NCBI GenBank assembly: GCA_050575255.1
Contig: JBNZDD010013635.1
Coordinates: forward strand, 2,601,734 to 2,665,733
DNA from: Harriotta raleighana
Lineage: Eukaryota
Direction of reading: 5' to 3'
Length of the DNA stretch: 64,000 bases
Shown here: positions 22,236-34,725 of the stretch, piece by piece
How the letters are laid out: each line of letters begins with the position of its first letter
Numbering within the stretch: position 1 is the stretch's first letter
Translations under genes and position numbers: made by a program
The notes under the pieces: generated by a model
What the model saw: the letters and a program-made list of their open reading frames with translations, nothing else
Told to the model about the DNA's origin: nothing
The model's database searches: none

Positions 22236-25200
22236 GCCAAATAGAGCATTGAAGTAAGCAAGGCTGGTCTTATGCAATACAATTGTAATCATCTTTTGAT
22301 AAGCAGGATGTTTTCTTTTAAACCGTGTGAACATCAGACCTCAAAGAATTCATTACAAGGCTGCAAATGTATACTTGCTATCTCAGCTGGTAAACGCCAT
22401 TGCCTATAATGAAACTGTGCTACACAAACCCAGGCAACCTCAGCTCTGATCCTGATTTGCACGTTGCTGATCTCAGCTGGTCAGGTGTATGAGGTACTAA
22501 TTGGTTTGGGTTGCCTGGGCTAAAGAAAGGGGTGAGTGGTAGTTTTTTGGGGTAGGAAAGATCTGTTAAGAGTTCCTCCTACAGATAATCATTTAATGAT
22601 CACATCAGCATAATCTTATAAATACTGGAGGTTTAATAAGGCTTATACCAAGCTATAAAGGGCAAGTCTGTGGTTTGATATCAATTTCTCACTCAGGTCC
22701 AACACAATGTCCAGCCTCAGATAAAGAATTACTACTTGGGCAGGTTATTTTAGAATGTTTAACATCCTGAGTTTCCAGAAAGGAGGAGCAAAAATATTTG
22801 CGTACCACACTAAGGCTTTAAAAACACGCATCTTAAAATTGGATTTTGAGAACTTTGCATTCCATCTATGCATTGAGCTAATTGCTGGTTTGGTTACCAC
22901 TGTTCGGGCATTAACAGATGTAAATGTAAATTTAAGTACCTAAAATGGGACTGAAAGAGAGAAAAGCAGCAGCTGGTACAGCTGAACAGGAGTGACACGT
23001 GTACCTCTGTTCTGCAAAGGAAATAAGATGACCTTTGCTATGAGATAAATTTCTAAAGGCTTTAAGGTTAACCTTGGCTGTTTGTGAATATAAGGCTGAT
23101 TTAGACTTTGCCTCACTATAGAATTGTCACTAGAGCAAAAGTGTAGAGTTGGGCTTCACTGCAGCACTAAGCTCGTTTCTTCGGAGGTATGTAAAAATGT
23201 GTGTCACTGCTTATTTTCCCAACTAAACAATTTTATTTTAAAGCCCTTTTGTAATAACAAACATGAACTTTCACTCTGAGCTTCACCATACTGCAAGTGT
23301 AAAGCCAGAGAATAAAAACGACATTTAGGTTTTGAACATTGACATCCCACACAAAGATACCAGCAAAAAAAAAGTAAAGTGAAATCAAAGGTGTTTTTAA
23401 AAAAAATAATATTTAATTTACTCCCAACACAGATTTGAAAATGCAAATCTCAATAAATATATAAAACTCAAAACTGAAAACAATTGAGCATGAAGAACTG
23501 GTCACTAAATAAATATCTACCGAGTTAAATAATGAAGCGGAACCGTACAATCAATGCTGCAGGATTTGAATAATTACAAGAAAGAACTGGACAGGTTTCT
23601 GAAGCAGGAGGAAATGGGAGGGGAAATGACCTGGGATTAGGCCAGAACCTGAAAAATAAAGGCCTAGGTCAAATTTCCCGTTCGCGTTAAAAATGGCAAG
23701 GACCAGATAGGAATGATGTGCTCTAACAATGCTACTAAAACCTACAGTACAAAGAACATACTGGTTAGTTTAACTGGTATTTTGGCAGGAAGATTAAAAC
23801 GTGGCAACCACGCAGCCACGTAATGTTGTCCTTTCAACATACTTTATTGATGTAATCATAGATGAACAAAATGCTCCTGTAGAACTATCCAAAGAACAGG
23901 AAAATCATTCTAAATTGAACCAATACAACGCAAGTTACTGGTAATCAAAATTCAATTACCCAAAAGTTTAACATTTACAGGGGGGGCGGGCAAGGAATGC
24001 ACCACAGATTCCACAACTTTACCTGTCTTAAACAGCACCTCCTAACAGCCAAGATTTGCAAGCAACTTAGTTGCTGTGTGCTTACTTTAAAAAAAATAGA
24101 CAAGGTTCTTCAGAATCCCAACGAGTTATGCCAAGGAAGCTTCAGTTTGTGGTTCGCCATTCATTGCACAAGTCACTTCACAGAAGAGAAAGCTGAAAAC
24201 TGATATTCATTCTCATGGTACTTGGTGTGCTACCTGGCAGAAACTTGTTTACCCACCCGCAGGAAGAGAAGACAATACAGATCAATGAGTAAACGTCACA
24301 CCCTAAATAAAACAGCACAAGGAAGCACCTAAGACATTTTATACACCATTGTACTGACACGCACCATTTCTGTAATGTTAGGCAGCAGCTGACCACAGAT
24401 TTGCTAGCCTCCTGTTAGGAAGAGGCAAGCTTCCCTTAGTTCTGAAAAATCATTGGATTCTGACTTTGAGCTTTATCCAGAACAATTGCAGATTCTTATT
24501 GAGAGCTTTAATCTTCTTGCAGTTTGATTCAATTTGCTTATTGCAGATCCTACAGAGGCCCCTTTTAGTATATGGCCTGTACCTACAGTGCATTTTTCAA
24601 ATCTCAGCAGTTGTTACTTGATTGGCCAACATCCCTTCTTTTCCAAAAGCAGCGGCACATTGGATTTATTTCCAGTTCAACAATACTGCTACTGTACCTG
24701 CATTGTTAAAATGGCCATTTTGAGGGGACTTGTCTGCATCTCACATGATGCACATTCCTTTAACTAAAGCTGTAGAATCCACCATTGAGATTCCATTTCA
24801 AAGACATTAAAGCACAGGAGCAGTCGTGGGAACCAACTTGAAAAATTAACATATAAAAACATTCCAACGCCCCTTTAAAAAGGGAACATTGTTTTGACTC
24901 ATCCCAGACAAACTGCTGAAGTGATTTTGAAAGAGGTTTTATCTTCAAAATTTTCCTTCATTTTAAACCTAATCAAAGGTACCATTTGCACTAAATATCT
25001 ACCATACATTTCCATATGCTTATTTGTTTCCAAGACCCAGTGCTATTTAAAAGCCCCACTTGGAGAGGAAAGTGTTTCTGAAGGAAAAGATCAGGCAGTG
25101 GGGAAGCAGTTGTGTAACAATAATTTTTTAGTGCCCAACTCCCTCCTCCCCTAAAAGACTGAATTCCTTCTTTTTACAGGAGTACATTCACTGTAATTCA

Positions 25201-28046
25201 CCACAAAGTAATTTGATTCAGAGTGAGCTGACAGCAAGTGCCGGAAAGATTTGATGCAGCCAAACTGCCTCCAGAGGCTGATCTTGTTCTTACATCTGCA
25301 AAGGAGTCTCTGAAAACGAATCAGTAGAACATGGTCTGACTTTCACCTCTCTGACCTATACATAGTGGCTAATTGCAGTGTCCAAAGATATTATCTGTAT
25401 GGTGCAGCTATAAGATAATATTCAGTTGAAAAAACTTCCATTTGGTCTGCGGTAAACTGAACTTTGCTCAAAGAGGAATATTGCTGTGGGTCTGGAGGGT
25501 AAGGCAGGCTTAATCATGCATTGCTCCTAACGGGGCACAATTCTCATGAGAAAATATTTCACAAACAGGAAATCAAGAATCCAGATTGAGAATTACTTCA
25601 AGATCAAGTGAAAATGCCTTTCAATGCAACTTTGCTACTACTTCTGACGCTTAGATTCAAACTTAAAAAAAAATATATATATGTATAGTATATAAAAATT
25701 GTTGAATCATTTAGCTGCTCCCCTTTATGGACTGATCTAGCAGGTTTATTTTGTCTTGCAAGAATATTTATGCAATTATAATATGATCTTTCTTCACTGA
25801 TATGGTGGCACACATTGCGACTAAGAAACACTTTCATAGCATTCCACATACATTCTCTACTTAAGAGCTACTTGTATCAATAGATATTAGTTCAGGATTT
25901 AACAGCAATTCCTAGAATAAGCATTATGGAACTCATTCACTCTGTACATCATGAGAAAGGGTGCTACGCAGGCACCGATTACCCACTCAACTGTTCACTC
26001 TTGACAGTATGTCAAAGTACAATCATGCAAGAAATCAATCAATTGTAAAACAAAAGTTGATAAACAATCAAGCTTGTGTTCAACTCCATGCTTCAGTGTA
26101 CAATTGATACAATTACCAAATCCAAATACACAATTCTATGACAATTATTTTTAGTGGGGCTGGAAAGTGAAATAGATCACTATTAATCTTTGTATGGGAA
26201 TTATATCACGCCTGATCAATTGGTCAGCCTTTACTGTTTTTATTTTTTTTAAATAAACCTATTCACGTTAGTTTTTAAAAAAAATATGCACCACGGTCCC
26301 ACGTATGCATTACATTAGTGACCCTGCTGAGATGAACCCAGATTCTTACTCTGCAAGTGACAGATTGCGAGGCTGCGATTGCAATCAAAAAGAGTTTCCT
26401 TTTCTATCCTTTCCCCGCACTTCCAACTCCCAACTCGAAAGCAGGGATCCGCCGTCAAATAAGAATTACACTATTTTTTTTTGGAAAAAAAAACGAACTT
26501 CAAATAGAGCAAAAGGGCAGATTGAGTGAGTGAGCGAGAGAAAGCGAGTGACAGCCTGTGCCAACTCAGCAACTCTGGCTTCTCTTAATGGACACCGCCA
26601 CACACACACTCTCACTGCAATCACCAGAAGGCAGTGTCAGGGGATACAGCCCCCCCAACGCGTGGATTAAAATCTACACTGGGGGGGGGGGGGGTGTGTG
26701 TGGGTGGGTGTGTGGTGGAACACGTAAAAAACAGAAAATAAATAAAGATCTTTTGAACTGAAATCCTTCCCCAGAGCAGAAGGGATGTCCGCGTGGAGCT
26801 TCAGAAACTGACAACGTCACCAGACAGCGGATTGGGGGAGAAAAACCCATTTAAAGGGTGGAGGGGAGGGTTGAAAATAAATACTATCCAAATAGAAATA
26901 AACTCAGCGGTTTGATGGGAGGGGAGTGGGGGGGGCCGGAGGGGTGGGAGAAAATAAAAATCATAAAACAAAATAAAATGGGGGTGGAGAACCCAAGGGA
27001 GGAAGGATTGAGATTGAATTGAGGATAAAGAGACAAGGGTGTGTGTGTGTGTGTGTGTATCTGTGTGTCTATGCGTGAGTGTGTCTATGTCTATGTCTGT
27101 ATGTGAGTGTGTGTCTGTGTGAGTGTTGGCTGCACACCTCGGCAGATCCTGCTCTAGCTTATTCCACGTAGCAAACTCTTACTCGTTGCATAATCAATCC
27201 ACTCGCGGATGGATGAGGAAAAAGTGGCAGAGAGAAGAAAAAAAAGTTTTTTTTTAAATAAAAAAAACCCAGCACTTTTTTCCCCCTCCTGTGGGGAGGG
27301 GGTGTATATGTGTGTGTGAGAGGAGGAGAAGGGGGGTGTGTGGGGGGGATAGTCTGTCTTCCCTTTGCCCTCTTTTGGAGGAGGTTTGTCTCTGGGGAAA
27401 CTTTAAACCTTTTGGACAAACTTTTTCTGTGTGTGTGTGTGTGGGGGGGGGGAACTTTGGGAGAGTTTGTGCGCAGGCGTAATGGTGACACGTAGCGCTG
27501 GCCCCGACGGCGCTCGGGGGGAGTAAAATATATAAATATATACTAACGGCTCGTATCTGAGGGGGCCCCGAGCCCGGCAGCGCCCTCACTGCCAGCCCCC
27601 GGCTCCGGGTAACTGCCACACCGCCGACCAGGCCCAAGCCGGCCGCCCGCCTGGCCCGCCCGCCCGAGTCAAACCCGCCGCCCAGGCTGTCAACATCACC
27701 TCCCCCCCCCTCCCCAGCCGCCGGCCTCCAACAGCCGATACAGAACCGGCTTTAATATCCGCACCGAGCCCCCTCACACCCGGCCTCACATCTATCTCTC
27801 CGCCGCCGCCGCCTTTTTCTCCCGCCGCCGTTCCCTCTGCTCCCCTCAGGCACGGGCGGAATCACTGGCGTCCCNCCACACACACACACACACACACATA
27901 TACTCTCTCTGTCTGCCCCCGCTCCTCACTGAGGCCCAGTGGCCGGCTCNACACATACACATACTCTCTCTGTCTGCCCCCGCTCCTCACTGAGGCCCAG
28001 TGGCCGGCTCTGAGCCCCCCCCCCCCCCGGGCCTACGGTTACTCAC

Positions 28047-28102
28047 GGGTTGGTGATGTCCTTGTAGCCCTCTCTGGTGGAGAAGCTCCTGAACTCCAAT
28101 GT
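28047..28102 (-). other. HDLBP: Candidate HDLBP first exon
   Basis: Donor CCC|gtgagt at 28046, inside a CpG-rich region and downstream of TATA/Inr. Confidence 0.65.
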
Positions 28103-28230
28103 GATGGAGATCAGACGGCGGCCGGCTTATAGCGAGAGGCAGGCCCGGCCCAGCCCCCTCCCCTCCACCCTCCCCACCACCACACCCCCTGCTCACACAC
28201 CACCAATCACCCGCTCATACGTCAGAGACA
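28098..28230 (-). promoter_or_regulatory. HDLBP: HDLBP core promoter: TATAAG (28131-28126), Inr TCACATT (+1 about 28102), CCAAT box (28203-28207), CRE-like TGACGTA (28218-28224)
   Basis: Motifs read directly; TATA-to-Inr spacing of 29 nt is canonical. Confidence 0.6.
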
Positions 28231-28239
28231 CACAGGCGG

Positions 28240-29522
28240 CGGGGGGCGGGGGGGGGGGGGGGGGGGGGGGGGGNNNNNNNNNNNNNNNNGGGGGGGGGGG
28301 GGGGGGGGGGGGGGGGGGAGGAGGAGGAATGAGAGGGGATGCGGGAAGAGGGATGAGAGGAGGAGGGAGAGAAGAATGAGAGGAGGAGGTGAGAGAGAAG
28401 AGGGGAGGAGAGGAAATGAGGAATGGGGAGAGGAGTGAGGAATGGGAGGGGGGAAGAGAAGGAGTGAGGAATGGGAGGGAGAAAGAGACGGAGTGAGGAA
28501 TGGGAGGGGGAAGGAGAAAAGGACTGAGGAATGGGAAGGGGAAGGAAAGAAGGAGTGAGGAATGGGAGAGGGAAGGAGAGAAGGAGTGAGGAATGGGAGG
28601 AGAAGGCATGAGCTGGTCGGAAGCAGAGAAAGCGTGAGAAGAGCAATGAAGGGGATGGGGGAAGAGGTTGTTGAGAGAAGGGGAACAGGTGGATGACAAG
28701 GGAGAAGTGGATAAGAGGGATGGGGAGAGAAAAGGGATGAGGGATAATGGTGTATGAGAGAAGGATGAAGGGAAGAGAAGGGGTGAGAGTGAAAGGTGTA
28801 GGAGAGGAGGAAGGAAGAAGAGGGATGAGGAAGAGATGGAGGAAGGAGAAGAGGGATAGAGGTGAGTGGGAAATGTATTGGAGAAGGGATGCGGGGCAAA
28901 TGAAAGGGGGGTGTGGAGTGAAAAGGGAGGAATGTAGGGGACAGAGAGGAGAGGGGCAAAGCAAGAGGGGGAATGAGACATATGGGGAATGTGGGAGAAT
29001 TGCTAGAGAACAATGGTGGGGTGGGGGGACAAAAGGGAGAGGAATGAGAGTAAGAAGAGGGGATGAGACAGGAACAATAAACAACAGGGAGAAAAAGGGC
29101 AGGAGAAAAGGGGAAAGAGATAGGGAGAGAAATGTGTGGGGAAAAGGGCAGGAGAAAAGGGGAAAGAGATAGGGAGAGAAATGTGTGGGGGGGGTAAAAT
29201 CAGGGAGTAAGGGGGAAAAGGGAGGAAAGGGGGAGGGAGAGAATGGGGGAAAGGAACAAAGGGAAGGAAGAGAGGAGGGGGAGAGAAGAAGAGAGGGAGC
29301 GGAAAGGAAAGGGATAGAGAGGGCAGGGGTGAAAGAGCGAGAGAAAGGAAAGGGGGAAGAGGGGGTGAAGAGAGAGGAGGGAAGAGGGGGAAAGCAAGAG
29401 GGTAGTAGAAGAGGCAAAGAAGGAAGGAAAAGGGGGAGAGAAAGGGAGGGAGGGAGGGAAGAAAAGGGGGAAAGGGAGGGAAGAAAAGGGGGGAGAGAGA
29501 TTAGGGGGCAACGGAGGGGGGA
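28240..29522. repeat. About 1.3-kb polypurine low-complexity tract with degenerate ~30-bp GAGTGAGGAATGGGAG repeats (about 28418-28600)
   Basis: Direct reading; poly-G and N gap at its left end. Confidence 0.95.
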
Positions 29523-30734
29523 ATCAAATCAACAGCAACAAAAATAATAACAACAACTTGTATCCATCCAGCGCCCCCTGACGAGCATGCCTCCCAGGCC
29601 TAAAGGGGAGTGTGAGGAGAAATTGAGAGGGTTGGAGAAGAAAGGGGAGAAAGGAGGATAGAGAAAGATAAAGTAGGGTGTAAGGTATCTGCAAAAGGAG
29701 GGGTGGGCAAAGAGAAGGGGATGAATATGGAGGGGGTGGGGGGGGGAAGTATACAGAGTGAAGCAGGCCTATCCTATGGTGGGTAAACTAAAAAACACTC
29801 ATATGAGATGTAAAATGTAGCACTCTAGAAGAAAATCTATACCAAATTATCCAGATTATTTTGCACTAATTTTCTCCCTCCAATTCTAATGGTGTTAACT
29901 CACTTTTCCTATTGGAATATGATACCATGGGTACTTCACCTTACAGTTCGGCATCTAAAATGGGTAAGGTTCATATGTGAGCTTCATTAGTAACTTTTTC
30001 AACTTTGGGAAAGATTTCAAAGTTAAGATGATCCTGTACTCACCAGATATCCCTCACTGGGGATCTCTACAGGCAGTCAGGAGAAAAATCTCTAGATTTT
30101 ATCTGTGGATTGATGCTGGTTTTGGAATCAACTAAATGAACAGAAACTGATTTATAACTGCACCACTATGTTCTGTAAGGCACAGGTTTACACGGTGCAG
30201 CACCTTTACACACTAGGCCATCAAGTAAATGTATACAGAGATCTGAAATACAATCTGTCAAACATAGCCTGTTCTTGGGGACACAGTGGGGGACACAAAA
30301 GTATTGACAAAAGTACAAATATACCTTAGATCTAAAGAAGGCCATAGGGAAATGTACATCTAGCAAGGCCAAACAGTGAAAACATCAAGGAGTCTACAGA
30401 TAGAAAAGCAGAATCAGTTATGTACAGTATAAGGAAGTTAACCATATTCGAAGATTATAAACAATACTCAAAATGCTTAAGATGCTCTTTGTTTCCATGT
30501 GGAAATCAATTCTACCTGCAGAAGAAATCAGAGGAGGTAGGCAACAGACTTAATGCATGACATATTTCTTCCTAGAGTGTGGGTCACACATGTCAAGTAA
30601 TATGCCTTGACTGTCCTGGTTTACCAGTTAGATAGCCAAGTCTTCACATTTGGCATATTTGATCCAGTCATGGCAATAAAGGGTTTGACTCAAGTCTGTC
30701 TGCTTCCTGAATACCTGCAGACATTGGATCAACT

Positions 30735-31021
30735 TAATAATAATAATAATCCTTGCATTTGATATAGCGCTTTTCACATCTTATCAACGTCCCAAAGCAC
30801 TTCACAGAATATACTGTAAAGTGAATTGACTGTATATATTTTGTGGGCGGAACGCGGCAGCCAATTGCGCACAGCAGTGTCCCACAAACAGTCGTGGATT
30901 GAAATGACCAATTTTATTATTGTAGTTTTTTTGGAGGGATTATTATTAGGCATGTGGAGTAAGTCTCATGCTTGTGAGGCATGTAAGGCAAGTGCTCTAA
31001 CCACTGAGCCACAGGAGCTCC
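30735..31021 (-). mobile_element. tRNA-derived SINE, same family
   Basis: Reverse complement of the family sequence. Confidence 0.9.
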
Positions 31022-31321
31022 GAAACTTCCATGTGCACGCAAATGACACCAAACGTATCTCTCTGCCTCCACCCTTGATTTCAGGACAACTAACGTCCTG
31101 ATGGACTGTCTATCAGACATTAAGTCTGGATGAGAGCCAACTTTCTACATCTTAATATCAGCAAGACATGGCTCTCCTGATTGGCTCACCCCAGCATTTA
31201 CACATCTAGCAGCATCAGCATCCATGGATGCACACTCAACCTCATCAAGCCAGTAAGGAATCTGGGCATCTTGTTCGACCATCAGCGGTCCTTTTTCCCC
31301 AATACTTGTTCCATGACTTCA

Positions 31322-31726
31322 TACAATCATAGAAGGTTACGGCACAGAAGGAGGCCATTCGGCCCATCGAGTCTGTGCCGGCTCTGACAGAGCAATGTCA
31401 CTTTCATTAACCCCAATCACCAGCTTTCTCCCCATAACCCTGCAAACCCATCTTCCCCAGATACCTATCCAGTTCTCTCTTAAAAGCTCCTATCGAATCG
31501 GACCTCACTACCCTTTCAGGCAGATCATTCCAAATTCGAACAACTCGCTGAATGAAAAAAATTCTTCTAACCTCCCCTCTGCTTCTTTTGGTAGATATCT
31601 TAAGACTGTGACCACCGGTCACAGACACACCTACCAGCGGAAACAGCTTTCCCCTTTCTAGCCTGTCGAAACCTTTCATGATCTTGAAGACCTCTATCAG
31701 GTCCCCGCGTAACCTTCTCTTGTTCT
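31322..31726 (-). mobile_element. CR1 LINE 3' fragment, same family as 12717, inserted in an L2 remnant (about 31022-31890)
   Basis: Highly similar to 12717-13110; [14 protein letters not shown] motif. Confidence 0.92.
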
Positions 31727-33215
31727 ACCTCCCCCCACCTCTGCAACATGGACCATGCCTTCAGCCACCCTCCTACCTCTCTGCCCTCCCTCACCTGACC
31801 CTGTTTGGGCCCTAATCCCAGAGTGTTCAGAGTGTTTTAGGACGTCTTCTTGATGTGAAAGGCACTTTACAAATGTAATTTTCGTTGTTGGTTTCTGAAA
31901 AAGCACTGTTGTGCTGAAAGCATTACATAAACTGGAGTTATCCGCAAACTGGTGGATGCCAATCCCATTTTCTTTCTGAAATGACTTTGTCTAAATAAAG
32001 AAAGAAGTTGTGGATGATTTCTGAGTGGTTGACTAAGCAATGGGGGCTGATGGCCAGTTAGACAAGCAATCCCTAGGAGATTAACAAATAAAAAAAAGCC
32101 TGCAACAAACAAAAATGAGTTCAAACAATTCAAAGCACAATGTTGATAAAATTCAAAATGGCTTGATTGTCAAAAATGTTCTTTAACATTGATACAGGAA
32201 TAAAAGAACAGTTGTCAACAGCAGGAAAATAGTCAAGATCAAAGTTAACAGATCAGGAGATTACATTTACAATGTTGCTTAAATGTGATGTACTCTATGG
32301 ATTTAATTAACTACATAAACAGTATTACAATGTAAAATCATCAAATGTTTATCACAAGAAACCATTCAATCCATGCTAGTTCCCACACTATCTAATTCCA
32401 TATTATTTTCATCATGGCTTGATACTTTCCCACGGTACAGGACAATAAATTATTTGGGTATCACATATGATCTCCAATTTGCCCAAATGTGTCACATTTA
32501 TACTCGTACAAAATCACCTTCTTGGGAATCAACATATTCTNCTTTTCATCATGGCTTGATACTTTCCCACGGTACAGGACAAGAAATTATTTGGGATATC
32601 ACATATGATCTCCAATTTGCCCAAATGTGTCACATTTATACTCGTACAAAATCACCTTCTTGGGAATCAACATATTCTGATTATAATCTATTCCATTCCT
32701 AGTTTGTTTGCAAGGATACTAACTTCAAGTACAGTAATCCGGAGTAAAAGGATATGGGAATAGGGCAGATAAATTGGAATTAGGTTAGAACATCAGCCAT
32801 GATCTTATTAAATGGCGGGACAGGCTCGAGGGGCCGAATTGCCAAAATCTTCGTCTGGTAATATAGCAGCTCTGTTACTTAGTGGAAGAATCCCAGCTAA
32901 TGCACTAAGCATAGACCACTCAGAAGTACAGTACTTTGGAGAAATTTTTCCTATTCCTTTCCCTGAGCCCTCCCCTCCTACTTGATTGTACATCGCCTTG
33001 GGACGTCCTCCCGACGTGAAAGGCGCTATATAAATACAATTTTGATTGGTTGAAATAGTTTCCCCTCAAATTTAATTGTATGCACTGCTGGAGTGTAAGC
33101 ATACAATTTGTCCTAATTGTAATGTGTAAATCAAGAACAGCTGTATCCAAAAATATTGTTTTGGGTTTACCATCTCAATCCAATTTAAAATTTAATATAC
33201 CTTTATAATATTTAT

Positions 33216-33398
33216 CAGCATGGCTGAGTTGGTAGTATTCTTGTGTTGGAGTCAAGGTTGTGGATTTAAGCCCCACGTCAAGACTGGAAACCAGTATAGT
33301 CTTTGTTGGTACTCTATTGTTGGGAGTGCTGTCCTTTGGATAAATTGGGACGCCTACCTGATGTGAAAGGCTATACAAATGTACAGTTTGTTCTTGTT
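33216..33398 (+). mobile_element. Old tRNA-headed SINE relic with L2 tail upstream of the SEPT2 promoter
   Basis: GGCTGAGTTGGTAG A box, degenerate B box, GTGAAAGGCTATACAAAT tail. Confidence 0.55.
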
Positions 33399-33691
33399 GA
33401 AACTGAGGTGCTAACTGCCTGTCAAGTGGCTGAGTGGTTGTTCCTTTAAGCAGGTGGAGCATGCGGCTGACCCTTACAAGACAGCAACAATCACCTATTA
33501 TATTTTTGTAGGGCCTTTCATATTGGGAGCACATCCAAAAGCGCTGAACAGTCAAGGATGTGCACCCGAGCTGGGGATTAGAAGGGGTGTAGATCATGTG
33601 GAGGGTGGTGGTAGGAGGGTGACTGAAGGCACTATCGAAGAGGGAGGTGTTGAGATGGGCAATGATGGAAGCCAGGGAAGGAAGTGTGTGC

Positions 33692-33778
33692 GTGGCTGTC
33701 CCTTTAAGACAGAGAGGCGGGTGGCTGTCCCTTTAAGACGGAGGGGTCGGTGGCTGTCCCTTTAAGACGGAGAGGCGG
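33692..33778 (+). repeat. 3 x 29-bp tandem repeat GTGGCTGTCCCTTTAAGACRGAG...
   Basis: Units start at 33692, 33721 and 33750. Confidence 0.95.
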
Positions 33779-33789
33779 GGCGGGTGGTG

Positions 33790-33880
33790 TGGCTGCCTCT
33801 GGCGCGGTGCAGTCTGGGAGGGGAGGTCCCCCAGTCTCGCGAGGTTTGCGGCGCCGCCCGGATCATCCCCAGCCGGTGCC
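33790..33880 (+). other. SEPTIN2: Candidate SEPT2 non-coding first exon (start approximate)
   Basis: Donor GCC|gtgagt at 33881 inside the CpG island. Confidence 0.55.
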
Positions 33881-34569
33881 GTGAGTTGAGCGCTGTCCGC
33901 CCGGGGCCTCCTGCGCTCCCTACCCGACACCCTCACACACAGAGTGTCTCTGCCGAGGAGACGGCCTGAGCGTTTCCATCTCGTTATCTGGTCACCCATC
34001 GTTCTTCTTGAAGGCGTTTTGTGTGAGTGAGTGAGTGAGTGAGTGAAGTGAGTGGCGGGAACCGCCCTGTTGCTGTCTTCCTCCTTCTCTCGCCGGGTGT
34101 GGGCCGCACCGAGGGTCCATCCCCAGGGCAGCGGGTGTGGGTGTATTTGTGAAGGTGTGCGCTGAGGGGAGGGAGGGAGGGCTCGGTAGATGCGAAGTCC
34201 CAACCAAGGTGAGGGAGCGCGACCAGGAAGGGAGAGAGGGCCTAGAGGAGTGTGGTAACTGTCTTGTGATTCTGTGTGTGTTGAGTGGGGATGGGGGAGA
34301 GGTTGAAGAGGAAAACAAGGCACTCTCTGGGGAGAGCAGGAATCTGTTGTTGTTGTTGTGCAGGAGGTAGCTTGTTTGGGGAGATAATCAAGTGTATGGT
34401 TTAGACTGGAGGGGTTGAGGGAAGGTACCGTGGAGTCTCCCATCCCCGATTCCCTTGAAGAATTTCTCCCGCATTTGTTAGAATGTGGAGTGCCTTGCCA
34501 TAAATAGTTTGGGAAGTTGACTCCCACAGCAGCGCTTGAAAGGGAAATAAATAGATGAGTACGTGAATA

Positions 34570-34725
34570 GTAATAAGCCTTGCATTTGATACAGAGCTTT
34601 ATCGCATTTTCTACAGGTCTCAAAGCGCTTCACAGAATATACTGTAAAGTGAGTTGACTGTATATACGTGGGCAAAATGCGGCAGCCAATTGCGCACAGT
34701 AGTGTCCCACAAACAGTTGTGGATT
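34570..34725 (-). mobile_element. 3' half of SINE
   Basis: Tail plus core, no head. Confidence 0.85.

Larger units (their letters stand above)
27470..28250. promoter_or_regulatory. CpG island at the HDLBP 5' end
   Basis: Dense CpG and high GC against AT-rich, CpG-poor flanks. Confidence 0.8.
33690..34220. promoter_or_regulatory. SEPTIN2: CpG island / SEPT2 promoter with GC box (GGGGCGGG about 33777) and three CCCTTTAAG motifs
   Basis: CpG density and motifs read directly; nearest island upstream of the SEPT2 ATG exon. Confidence 0.7.

Noticed and set aside
28193-29547. Long ORFs of 262-400 aa (Pro/Ser/Leu or Gly/Arg/Glu rich)
   Set aside because: Stop-codon depletion from the purine/pyrimidine bias; they also span an N gap
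33733-34623. 296-aa minus-strand ORF
   Set aside because: Crosses a SINE and the GC-rich SEPT2 promoter; no recognisable domain
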